Assembly: GCA_000002445.1 (NCBI GenBank)
Contig: CM000207.1
Location: 1,248,001-1,312,000 of the forward strand
From: Trypanosoma brucei
Taxonomy: Eukaryota
DNA length: 64,000 nucleotides
Reading direction: 5' to 3'
Shown here: positions 43,297 to 53,343 of the stretch, piece after piece
Layout: every line of letters begins with the position of its first letter
Numbering within the stretch: position 1 is the first letter of the stretch
Translations under genes and position numbers: made by a program
The notes under the pieces: generated by a model
The model's database searches: none
Told to the model about the DNA's origin: nothing
Seen by the model: only the letters and a program-made list of their open reading frames with translations

Positions 43297-45225
43297 TTAT
43301 TTTACACGCTTTGGTGGCTCCCTGCTGAGATGTTTCAGAGACCCGCCCCCAGCCGCAACAGTTGCAACTCCTTTCGTTTTGTTTGTACGATTTGAATCAG
43401 GCTGAGGTCTCGCCGTGCGTGCAGTCGCCCGCTCGCTGGTAGGGGTTCTGGAGGAAGTAGAACGACCTACAGTTGGTTTATCAGTTCTCAAAAAACGTGC
43501 TTTATTTTGATTCGCCGTGTCACGAGTGGCGATGGTGCGCCTTGCAGAAATACGCGGGGCAACGGAACTTTGACCACCGTCCGCTAGACCGCGTTTTTCT
43601 CTTTTCATTTGAGTTGCTGCCAGAAGCTCCGGGTGCGGAGCCGCGAGGAATGTTTGGGGCTCTCGAAGCATGGCTCCACCTTCCGAACATGCATCCGCAG
43701 CATCGGAATCTTGAAAAAATTCTGCATCGTTCTCAGGTACAGCTGTGGCGAGTGCCGCCGATGCGGTCTTGGATTGGTGTTGTTTGTCCTGTTGATATGA
43801 GTGTAAACATCTATTGTCATTTCCTCTAGTATCTTCAATATGTCCATGCAGTGACCTGGGAAATGGTTCCTCTACATCTTCCTCTAACTCCGCTAATCTC
43901 GTCTCAAGCGGTGTGTTTGGTAGGACGTCGGTCACTACACCCACAGGAACTGCACTTCCTTCATCTTCATACTGTCTCGTTCGTTGATCAAATCCAATGT
44001 GCGATGCCATCGGTATTGAAAACCGTGCATTAGACATTGTTAGTTGCGACGGGGCTCGCAACCGCTCTTCACTCAGCATGCTTCTATGTACATCTGTCGT
44101 ATGTGATAAGCTGCGTCCGAGTCTGCTCGCGAGACCAACGCTGTAGCGCACACCCGACTGATAGCGCCACCGCAGGCCACTGTCACCGACTAAAATATGG
44201 ATGTTGGACGTTGATGACAAGTTCGCGACAGCGCGCTGGGCCGCAACCGTTTCTTCATTTTGTCTAACGTCGATCAGGCGCAGGGATCTGAGGCACCGCA
44301 TCTTTTCCTTGTCTTTGCAACCAACGAGCTCCTCCACACATTTGCGCATGCCTATTTGTGACATGTTGTTTTCCGAGAGCCTTATATAACATAGCGACTT
44401 ACAGAAGGTTTGTTCCGCGGCCTCCGCTGCCTGTGATACGGGGGGGTTGCTATCGTTTTCAGCCATGAGAAACTGAAGCGATGTGTAGTTAGTGCTCAAC
44501 CTCTCACGTGCCGAGGGAGACAAACAAAACGACATAATTGAGGATGACCGCGATCTCTGTTCATCGTGTACCAATGACACCGCTGAATGCTGGTGCCTCG
44601 AGTTACCCACGTGCTCCAGAAAGTCACGCACAATCCACGGCCCACTCGCGTCGTCCAACAAACAATGCTGAAGATCCAACAGAAAGAGTTCGTACCGCCC
44701 TATTGGCAACGTACATTCAGCGTCAAGCGGAGTGCTTTCCCTCTTCACCCTCGCCAATTGATCCTCTCTGCCCTCGTCCGACACGTTGTCCTTCATTGCA
44801 AGAACCAATTTGGACAGAAGTGCCGAAAGACATTGCGTAAATACCCGACGGTGTTCGGCAACGTGAAGACGGCGGCCAATGGACGCAGAAGAATCCACCG
44901 CAAGTCCAACACGACCCGCACACTTTGGGCAACACAAAACTTTCTTGAGACGTAAAAATGCCTTGGGGTCTCTCGTGTCAAGTTCGCTTAGAGCAGTTAA
45001 TGTGCACTCCGGAATGAGTACCTCCGGTTCAACACCAAAATCAGACCTCAGAATGGATTCCGGTGCCTCGGGAGAACTCCTGTCCGCAAGCCGCAGCTCC
45101 GTGTACCATTTTAGTTCTTCGGAATCCCTTCCCCCATCGGCTGCTGGGGTCGACTGGTTTTCTTCTTTGGTACAGTCGGGTGCTGCAACACATGTGCGTA
45201 ACACAATGGAAAGATCACTCCCCAT
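43297..45225 (-). CDS. Hypothetical protein, 642 aa, with leucine-rich-repeat-like segments
   Basis: Long ORF. Segments such as LRLSENNMSQIGMRKCVEELVGCKDKEKMRCLRSLRLIDVRQNEE resemble LRRs. Ser/Thr/Arg-rich basic C-terminus. Confidence 0.65.
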   Translation of the reverse strand: MGSDLSIVLRTCVAAPDCTKEENQSTPAADGGRDSEELKWYTELRLADRSSPEAPESILRSDFGVEPEVLIPECTLTALSELDTRDPKAFLRLKKVLCCPKCAGRVGLAVDSSASIGRRLHVAEHRRVFTQCLSALLSKLVLAMKDNVSDEGREDQLARVKRESTPLDAECTLPIGRYELFLLDLQHCLLDDASGPWIVRDFLEHVGNSRHQHSAVSLVHDEQRSRSSSIMSFCLSPSARERLSTNYTSLQFLMAENDSNPPVSQAAEAAEQTFCKSLCYIRLSENNMSQIGMRKCVEELVGCKDKEKMRCLRSLRLIDVRQNEETVAAQRAVANLSSTSNIHILVGDSGLRWRYQSGVRYSVGLASRLGRSLSHTTDVHRSMLSEERLRAPSQLTMSNARFSIPMASHIGFDQRTRQYEDEGSAVPVGVVTDVLPNTPLETRLAELEEDVEEPFPRSLHGHIEDTRGNDNRCLHSYQQDKQHQSKTASAALATAVPENDAEFFQDSDAADACSEGGAMLREPQTFLAAPHPELLAATQMKREKRGLADGGQSSVAPRISARRTIATRDTANQNKARFLRTDKPTVGRSTSSRTPTSERATARTARPQPDSNRTNKTKGVATVAAGGGSLKHLSREPPKRVK

Positions 45226-45845
45226 CTTCCTCTTGAGTATTTAATCCGCCCTTCCACCCCTCAAAATAAAAAAAAAATGAATAAATAAACAACTGCGAGG
45301 TCAACAAATCTCACAAAAAACTCACTCAATTACGGATGTTTTAGTCTCTTGCAGCTCCTAGTCTTGCTTTTTAACAGACTTCAGCAACTGTTGGATTGAA
45401 TGCCTAGCCTACTATATACAATGACAACCAAGTATACTACGTATCTACTGAATATATGTGAATGCGTATTTACCTAACCACTCTTTTTTTTTTGCAGCAA
45501 ATCACCAAATCAGCAAAAAAAAAAAGAAAATAAACAATAAGCACAAGATACATTATTGTAGCCAGAAGGAAAGACAAAGGATGCGTGGCCCACCTTCACA
45601 TCTCGCATACAGTTCATAAATTCTTCGCGTGACCAAGAGAGCACGGAAATGAAATGGAGGGAGGGAGTGAAGGTTGGGCGTGACGACAAAACCCACAACT
45701 AAATGTGAACTTCAATTACACACGAAAAATCTGTGTCGATTCTAAATATATCCCAACAGCATATTATACATTCCGGTAGTGAATCAAGCCCTAATAACTG
45801 CCCCTCCCCCCCCCCCGCTCCATGCAACCTGCACCCACAAAAAAA

Positions 45846-46610
45846 CTACAGGCAATACTTCCGCTCAGTGAAGTATGTGTGGCGACCGAACCGCGACCGC
45901 CCCTCTACGGGCTCTACGGGCGTTTTACCGTGGACAGTCATCGTACATCCTGTTTCCGGGTTACCAGTATATAAGGTGATTGGCTCGTCTGAGAGATAAT
46001 CATTGCAAAGTGAATCAACCACTGGTAACTCCTCCGGCAGGCAGTGAACCTTCTGGTAGGTTGAAAGATACACATTGTTACCATCCATTCCAACGTTTGT
46101 CAGTTGCTTACGCTCAGCTTCTGTCGCGTTCTTTTCCTCACGTGCGGCGTTCAGGGCCACTTGAAGCAGCACTCGACTGCGTGCCCCCAAATCTGGACGT
46201 CGAAGTGTACGGAGATCAGCATTCTTTTCGCAATAGTCCTCACGATTTGTTGTTTGCAGGAATCGAGAGTGGGGATTTCGTGCATCGGATGTTACATAAG
46301 GCGTAGATGAATAACCGCCAGTAAACCGATCGTTTTTCCCTGGGCGAATGGCATCGAGACTCGCTCGCAGTACTGTAGTCGAGGTAAAGTCCATTTGCCC
46401 TTTGGGGTCTGATGGAACTGGTTGTTGCGCGAGGAGATCATCCTCCAGCACTTTTTCCTCCTGCCAGTTTCCACAGAGGACCTTTCGCGAGCACGTTGCA
46501 CCGTCTTTGTGCCGCTCCTTGTTGTAATGTTTTTCTTCAATCCATGTACCTGCGGGGCTGCATGTATCAATTGGCACGTACGGTTTCCGAGAGCGCAAGA
46601 GATGTGACAT
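45846..46610 (-). CDS. Hypothetical protein, 254 aa
   Basis: Clean ORF with balanced composition between two T-rich intergenic regions. No recognisable domain. Confidence 0.5.
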   Translation of the reverse strand: MSHLLRSRKPYVPIDTCSPAGTWIEEKHYNKERHKDGATCSRKVLCGNWQEEKVLEDDLLAQQPVPSDPKGQMDFTSTTVLRASLDAIRPGKNDRFTGGYSSTPYVTSDARNPHSRFLQTTNREDYCEKNADLRTLRRPDLGARSRVLLQVALNAAREEKNATEAERKQLTNVGMDGNNVYLSTYQKVHCLPEELPVVDSLCNDYLSDEPITLYTGNPETGCTMTVHGKTPVEPVEGRSRFGRHTYFTERKYCL

Positions 46611-47439
46611 GTCAGGTCTCTTTTCCCCCTCTCTTCTCTTCTGAGGAGCTCTACGGTGCTGTATTATTTTTTTTTGTGTGTGTGTGTGTTTGTATGTGCA
46701 CCTTTTTATTCTCCTTTACAACACAATAACAGCTTCCTCCTCTCGGTTGCTGGAGTTGCTGGAGTTTATCCCTTGTAATGAATTGTTGCTGCGAATGAAA
46801 TGATGGTAAGAGAGATCAGGGGATTCAAAGTATCGTAATAACTGTTAAAGCATAATCTCAACATTTCTACAATGTTGTGGGTGTCGTGAGGAAACGTCTC
46901 ACTGTCCCCACTTTCCATATTCTTTTTGTTGTTATTATTGCACTCTCCATCCCCTCGTATGGATTGGATGTATTTTTTTTTTCTTTCGCTTTAACTTTCC
47001 TCTTCCCTTTTTTTTTAAAAAAAGACTGTTAAGCGGCGTTATCGGGAATTCGAACATTACTTTAACTAATCTTAAACCGCATCGAACGCTTGTCCTCACC
47101 GTTTTTTTCCCTCCGATTCAAACAACCGTAAACTCCTCACCCTCCCTCTCTTTTTGCGCAACGGCACATGCGAGAGAAATCAATACAAGAGACGGACAGA
47201 AACATTCAGTTTTATGATTGATTCTCTTTCCTTACCACTCACAGTACAATGTGGCTACGGAATGATGAGTTGTGGGCCAAGCGAAGGATCTGCAAGAAGC
47301 CGAAGTAAAAAAAAACCAAGGGCGAAGCGACACACCACAACCTAGACCTTGAGAAACGAGTCAAACACTACGCTCCGAGTGAATTATCCACCGTGAATTC
47401 CCCATAAATGCAAGCAAGACGGGCTTCCGCTCTGCTTTC

Positions 47440-49416
47440 TCAACGCACCCACTTTGGAAGCTTACTGTATGGATTACTGGGTTTCTTCTCCTTCAGCTTC
47501 TTCCCGGCGGCCTCTGCCTTCGCACGTCTTGCCTCCAACTTATTGTTCACGAGTCCACTTCCGTCCTTCGCCGCGGAAATGCGACCTTCTGACAACTGCT
47601 TTGCCTTCGCTGTCAGCATTTTCTCGCGCCTTTCGTTGCCTTGCACAACACCGTTGACCATCTTGTAATATCTCGCAGCCTTTTTGCGGGCAACCTGCAG
47701 TTGCATCTTGCGTGTCGCCACTTCTTGCCGTTTCACATCTGCGAGTTTTCTACGAAGCCGATGTTCATCCGTCTCTTGCTGTTTGCGTGCCTCCTTTGCC
47801 TTCTGCTGTGCCAAGCGCCGACGTGCCACAGCTTCGTTGGTAGGCGCATTCATCAAGTTCAACTCGCGCTGTTGACGCACCTTCAAAGCAGATAATTTGG
47901 TGCGTTCAACAGACTCAGTCACTTGTTCATCCTCCCACTTGGGTCGTCGTCGCGCCTCTTGGAGTTCGTCACCAGAGAGCTGCACGTCGTCGTCTCTGTC
48001 TAGCTCCTGTGCGGCGACGTTCTCCTCGTCACTTTCTTCTTCAAGAAGGAGCTCCGCAGCCTTTCCATCAGGGTCTGTTGGTGTATACTGCGGGTTGATG
48101 AGCTTTCGGATCTCGTGCACGCGCTTTGGAACATATGAAACTATCTTAGGATGATCCCGTCGGGCCTCCTCCACGGCAGCAATGTCCTCCGTGCTGTTGG
48201 TGATGGCCACTGTGAAGGGCGAAACGTGCGGCGGGAGCTCCTCACCAATGCGGTAACCGTTGGGTGGAAGCAGTAGGCGCGCATTGAGACAATCGAAGAG
48301 ATATTGCGGTTGAACGTATTCAATGCGATCATCTTTCTCAAAACCAGGTGGCAGTGCCGGTCGGTCTACTACAAAATGTGTAATGTTTTCGGCGACGTAT
48401 CCTGTTGCAACACGGCCACCGCATGCCTTGATCACAAGTGCTGCATGTTTGTGCGGGACCTCACGCGATATGTAGAAGGAGAGTCCCTCAAATACGCGAC
48501 GTACCTTCCGCAGCTCCTCGTCCATCAGCTCCACCCGTTTGGCAACTTGTCCCACCGTCCCGCCTAACCCTTGAACGGTTTCCTTGTTAGTGGTGTCGAA
48601 ATTCTCTGCGTTTAGGTTCGGCTCTTCCTCCTCCGCTTTCTGCTTCTCCGCTAGGTCACGCTCCAACTTAAAAAGCACGAAGCGCATCAATTCAAGGTAG
48701 AACTCAAGGAAACTGATCATTATATACTGCTGTACACCTGCTGGAAATTTGTGAGCGTACTCATGCGGGCATAACCAACGCACACGCTCGCCACGAACAA
48801 TGGCCTCAAAGTAATACCCTTTTATGGATATAAATCCCTTTGACAAGGCTTGGGCGCGCTCTACATAGCTATTCCACCGTTCGCATGTCTCGCGGGCCCG
48901 TCGATGAAGTCCAGAGGTCAGCGTGTGATGCGTCTCAATGGTACTCTCACTCGCCACTTCGGGACTCAGAAAAGCGTACAATGCAATCATAGACATGGCG
49001 TCATCAATATCCCGCACAGCGTCAGCGAAGTAAGGATAGCGCTCCTTAATTGTGGCAACAAGGCTATACTTGGGTTTAACCTTGTTACTGTGAAGGACTT
49101 TAAGGTCTTCAGTGAGCCTCATAGCCTCCGCCCGGCGAACCTTCTTTTCCCACGCGCGGAACGCCATCATGCGATCCGCCAGGTGATCCCGTACCAACCA
49201 CTTAATTTCACGGGCAAGGTAATATTGCTTGTCATTGCCGCTTTGTTTCTGCTTGCTTCGGTTCAGAGCACGGGGATAAATACCCTTGAGTATGCAGAGG
49301 CGACGAAAGTGAATCGAGTCGACCTGCAGCAAACGCGTTGCCTGCATGCGCGTGAGGTACTTCTTCTTTTGGCGCTCCTTCTTCACGCGCTTTGACCATG
49401 CCTGCTTTCGGTGCAT
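47440..49416 (-). CDS. Pescadillo (PES1/Nop7) ribosome biogenesis factor
   Basis: N-terminal pescadillo domain (KKKYLTRMQATRLLQVDSIHFRRLCILKGIYP), central BRCT-like region, Lys/Glu-rich C-terminus. Confidence 0.85.
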   Translation of the reverse strand: MHRKQAWSKRVKKERQKKKYLTRMQATRLLQVDSIHFRRLCILKGIYPRALNRSKQKQSGNDKQYYLAREIKWLVRDHLADRMMAFRAWEKKVRRAEAMRLTEDLKVLHSNKVKPKYSLVATIKERYPYFADAVRDIDDAMSMIALYAFLSPEVASESTIETHHTLTSGLHRRARETCERWNSYVERAQALSKGFISIKGYYFEAIVRGERVRWLCPHEYAHKFPAGVQQYIMISFLEFYLELMRFVLFKLERDLAEKQKAEEEEPNLNAENFDTTNKETVQGLGGTVGQVAKRVELMDEELRKVRRVFEGLSFYISREVPHKHAALVIKACGGRVATGYVAENITHFVVDRPALPPGFEKDDRIEYVQPQYLFDCLNARLLLPPNGYRIGEELPPHVSPFTVAITNSTEDIAAVEEARRDHPKIVSYVPKRVHEIRKLINPQYTPTDPDGKAAELLLEEESDEENVAAQELDRDDDVQLSGDELQEARRRPKWEDEQVTESVERTKLSALKVRQQRELNLMNAPTNEAVARRRLAQQKAKEARKQQETDEHRLRRKLADVKRQEVATRKMQLQVARKKAARYYKMVNGVVQGNERREKMLTAKAKQLSEGRISAAKDGSGLVNNKLEARRAKAEAAGKKLKEKKPSNPYSKLPKWVR

Positions 49417-49681
49417 ATTTTTTCGGTGCTTACCCTATCCTGTATCACCCACACATAGGATAAAAAGAATAATATTAAGAAGTTAACGAAGACAGCAACA
49501 CTGACAAATAGGGATAACCGAAGTGAATTGTAACGAAACTGAGGTAAACGGTAAGGGAAGCGAATAAGTTCATATCCCATATAACAACACAAACACCTTC
49601 GAGTTCAAGAAGGAAACAAATAAATAGTACTGCACCTACCCGTTGAATGGTGTCACACTCCCGATGTTTTGTGTCCTTTGG

Positions 49682-50782
49682 CTACTGAGGGGCGTTATCC
49701 TTCACTGCAACACCACCAGCGGCGGTCTCCTCACAGTGTTCTTGATCTTCTTCATCCACCTCTCCCTCAACTCCATCGTACTCCTCGCTATTCTCCTCAC
49801 GTGTCTTTTCCATACGCCACTGTGCCCGCTGTAGTTCTTCAAACGCAGCACTTTCAATGCGCATGCGCCTGTCATGCTCGCAACCGGGATATATTCCATC
49901 CTCGAACTTCCGGTCGAGGAGTTGAGCATCTTCAACGCTATCCGTGATGAATGTGTAGGGTGGCGTGAAGGTGGTATAGAGGAACGTGCTTCGGGCCTCC
50001 AACGAGGGGTAATCATCAGGCCATTCGCTCATTGTACTAAACCCCTCCAACGGGACGACGTGACTCGTGTCAGGAATCCGACGGGTAAAAAGAATACCGT
50101 TAAGATGGTCCAATTCATGCAACGCCATCCGCGCCCTCATCTTATCGAGGGTAACTTCAAATGGGTTGCCATCTTCTGCAATCGCCCGCACACGCACCGT
50201 TGACGGACGCTCAATGAAATGTAGCAGAAAACAGCAACTGGCACACGGCTCCCATGCAAAACAAGTTTTCCCCTCACGGCGTTTCTTTTCCATCCACAGA
50301 GCTTCAGCCTCAACAAAGGTGATGCTCTTTTGCTTAGCTATTTCCTCCACCTCTAGTGCGTCAAGGTTAATGGGGTTAATGAAGACAGTGCCATCAAAGA
50401 GGGTAAACATCTGCACGTTCCAACCAATCTTTGGAGCACACAAAGAAGGATATTGGTAGTAATGCCGCGCTGCTCGGACTCGGCCAATCATATCATTGAA
50501 CTCACCGCGACGAACAAGAGAAATATCAAGAGGATATTGCTTGCACCATAATGAGCGTGCGGGTAGTTGCACTATGGGGTGCTCAACATGGAGGTTGCTG
50601 CCAGGCATATAAGCTGAGTCTGCATTACTATGAGTTGTGTTACTGTGAGTTCGTTTCGAAAATAACATATGGATGGTCCCCATGCCGTCGGTACCGTTAA
50701 CAAAAGTGGGAGTTGATCTCGCTGAGTCGATACCGCGCATTATGCGACAAGATTGCCTAAAGAATGCATGATGTATACGCAT
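49682..50782 (-). CDS. PDF: Peptide deformylase-like (organellar PDF)
   Basis: Motif III HELDHLNG. EPCAS at the EGCLS position. LCAPKIGWN at the GLAAPQIG position. Confidence 0.75.
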   Translation of the reverse strand: MRIHHAFFRQSCRIMRGIDSARSTPTFVNGTDGMGTIHMLFSKRTHSNTTHSNADSAYMPGSNLHVEHPIVQLPARSLWCKQYPLDISLVRRGEFNDMIGRVRAARHYYQYPSLCAPKIGWNVQMFTLFDGTVFINPINLDALEVEEIAKQKSITFVEAEALWMEKKRREGKTCFAWEPCASCCFLLHFIERPSTVRVRAIAEDGNPFEVTLDKMRARMALHELDHLNGILFTRRIPDTSHVVPLEGFSTMSEWPDDYPSLEARSTFLYTTFTPPYTFITDSVEDAQLLDRKFEDGIYPGCEHDRRMRIESAAFEELQRAQWRMEKTREENSEEYDGVEGEVDEEDQEHCEETAAGGVAVKDNAPQ

Positions 50783-51538
50783 CTCAATCTTAATCCCTCA
50801 ACACTTCCTTTCCTACATGCATGCAGAGAGGCAGCAATCAAGCAGAAATAAATTGCAGGAACGTGTGATGCATGAGTATCATTGAAGGAGGGACATGGAA
50901 ATAGTATCGTTCTTTTTGCAAAAAAAAATCCCATTAAAACGACATGTGGTCTTCTTCCGTTCCTTTGCAAAAAAAAAAAGAAAAAGCGGCGCCCCCCACC
51001 GCAACATTTTTTTTTAATTGCAGTTAAGGGTTAATTCAGAAGCGCCATAGAACCATCTGGGGCAGCACAGCAGATATATATATATGAAAGGAAAGTAATA
51101 GATGCAGAGACGTCTTTTCATTTCTGTTCAAAAATTAAAATATGGTGGCAAAGAAGGGGTTTAAACAGTTATCTATCACAAATAAAGAACGAAACACTGT
51201 TGCTGTGAAATTGAATCTATGTAGGAAAATATGAAAAATCATTCTCTCGCGTTCTTTTTTTTTTTTTAATGTTTCTAGGTAAAAAAGAAAAATGAAAAAA
51301 GATGAGCGACTGTACGTGTATCTAAAACGCACTCACATAACACCAAATGAAAAAAAATGTATGCGAAACTTAAGCAAATATGTTTCCGTGATATTTTACC
51401 CACCCGTGAACAGGAATCAGCGGGTGTCAGTGATGAAAAATTTGTGGAAGAACGAAATGATAAAACACACACATACACACAAAAAAAATCCACAGGCACG
51501 GTGAACAGAGAGTTTCTTGTCTATTCTTCAATGTCACT

Positions 51539-53200
51539 CTACGTCCACACTAATAAATCACGCACTTGCGTTGAATTCAAATGGCTTGTATGGTATGAAA
51601 CCCTCCGTGGTGAGGGTGTTTGGGGTTGGTATGTTTCGCCAAAGACTATATTTGATTTTGTCACATGCTGCCCAGCGACGCGACCCACGCCACTTCTAAT
51701 ACGAGGCGATACCAACACTCCAGCTGGGTCGTAGAAATTATCTCCTCCTCCTGGTGCCGATGTGGCGCTTATGTCTCCTTTGGTTGGTGTGTTGGCGGTG
51801 CAAACACATTGACGGCCGTCCCTATTGTCTTCACCTTCTGAGAAATGTATGGGCTCTCGGCTGCTGGACAAACCACGGGGACCAACTTCCGCTGGAGACT
51901 CATCGCCAAAAGGTGTTGTGCAGTGCCTCCGGTCTGGGGTACTTGTGACACCTGCGGCGGCTGGATAGTTATTTCTCGGAGAATACAATGGTGTGGCAGA
52001 TTGGCTCACAGCCGTCCTCCTCACGTCCAGATCAGTTCGCCCAACCAAGAAAGGTGAAAGAGAACGACAACGCTGCGTCGCTTCTTTACGGCGGCTCCGG
52101 ATACCAAAAATATCATGATCCAAATACCCTGGATGCCCCTGCATCGATTCTGTGACACGGGGAGGCCGCTTACGGGGAGGTAAGGTATGTACGGGTTGTG
52201 TGGCCTCAAATGCATCCACGCCCTTCCTCGTGCGGATGCATGGACGTGGTGTGGTGGCGGCACTCGACCGTTCCTTTACCACAAGATTTCCGCCAAGGTT
52301 ATCCCATCGGTACGTCGACAACTGGTAACGGACTCGGCGCCCGGGTGTGATCGGATTGTACTCCTGTTCGTCGGGTCTGAAAGGATGAAATGTGGCTCTC
52401 CTTTGTGCAACCGTGTTGGGACGCCGCCCCAGTGGTGTTGTTTTTCGGCGCCCCTCTTGGGAATAAATGAACCGCGCCAGACTTCCCAGTCCGTCATCGT
52501 GTTTTACTGCAGGTTGCTTTCGCACAGAAGGGGTTGGAGAGGTAAAATCAAAGATTCGGCTTTTATTCATTTGATTTATTTTTGCGGTATTAGCGCGCGC
52601 CCTGAAGGGGTTCAACTCGGGATCCACGCGATGTTGCATCTCATAGAGGTACCGCACATCCTCCTTTTGGGTCATATCTAATCGATAGGCGTCCGGTCGC
52701 ATGTCCTCTAACCGCGTGTTACATAACAACCTGGATAACAACTGACTGGTCGACATGTTCTCCAGAGAACCATTTGGTTCAGGGGTTGGGTTTCTGCGAT
52801 TACTTTTCCGGTCACCTGAGTTGCTGCGGTTACTTTTCCGGTCACCTGAGTTGCTGCGGTTACTCTTCCGTTCGTTACCAATATGGGATCCTTTACTTGG
52901 AGTAGATCGCTTGCCATCGGTCTTTATGGAGGAACGTCGGTGCTCTGTAGTTTGGTTCACGCCGGTATGAGCCGCTCGACGTGCCGACGATGCACCACTG
53001 GCAACCAAGTTTTTCCTTGTCGGCGTCCCGGACATATGTGCTTCAACTACTGAGGTAACAAGTTCTTTTAGTAAGTAGAAGATCGAAGGAATAGATGAAA
53101 TCACAGAGGATGGGAAATGGGGGTCAGGTTGTTGGTGATTGCACATGTATACGCCTGTATCTGTGTGTGACTTCGTTATGCTCGACACAAAGACCAACAA
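51539..53200 (-). CDS. Hypothetical Ser/Arg/Pro-rich protein with 3x SNRSNSGDRK decapeptide repeats
   Basis: 553 aa ORF. A 30-bp tandem repeat at 52800..52880 encodes the repeats. Basic and low complexity. The true start is possibly the internal Met (MSGTPTRKN). Confidence 0.6.
   Translation of the reverse strand: MLVFVSSITKSHTDTGVYMCNHQQPDPHFPSSVISSIPSIFYLLKELVTSVVEAHMSGTPTRKNLVASGASSARRAAHTGVNQTTEHRRSSIKTDGKRSTPSKGSHIGNERKSNRSNSGDRKSNRSNSGDRKSNRRNPTPEPNGSLENMSTSQLLSRLLCNTRLEDMRPDAYRLDMTQKEDVRYLYEMQHRVDPELNPFRARANTAKINQMNKSRIFDFTSPTPSVRKQPAVKHDDGLGSLARFIYSQEGRRKTTPLGRRPNTVAQRRATFHPFRPDEQEYNPITPGRRVRYQLSTYRWDNLGGNLVVKERSSAATTPRPCIRTRKGVDAFEATQPVHTLPPRKRPPRVTESMQGHPGYLDHDIFGIRSRRKEATQRCRSLSPFLVGRTDLDVRRTAVSQSATPLYSPRNNYPAAAGVTSTPDRRHCTTPFGDESPAEVGPRGLSSSREPIHFSEGEDNRDGRQCVCTANTPTKGDISATSAPGGGDNFYDPAGVLVSPRIRSGVGRVAGQHVTKSNIVFGETYQPQTPSPRRVSYHTSHLNSTQVRDLLVWT
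52800..52880. repeat. 30-bp tandem coding repeat (2.7 copies)
   Basis: ttacttttccggtcacctgagttgctgcgg occurs twice exactly, then a degenerate third copy. It encodes SNRSNSGDRK on the minus strand. Confidence 0.9.
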
Positions 53201-53343
53201 TAGCCGAAGAATATCCGAACGCTGAGTGGTACGTTGCGAGAACGTTCAAAAAAGTCAACTACCCAAATACGTCAGTGACAAACTGTAAAGTGGTGCTAAC
53301 CCACGTGTTGTTCTTGCTTTGGAGCAAAAAAAATTACATTCTG

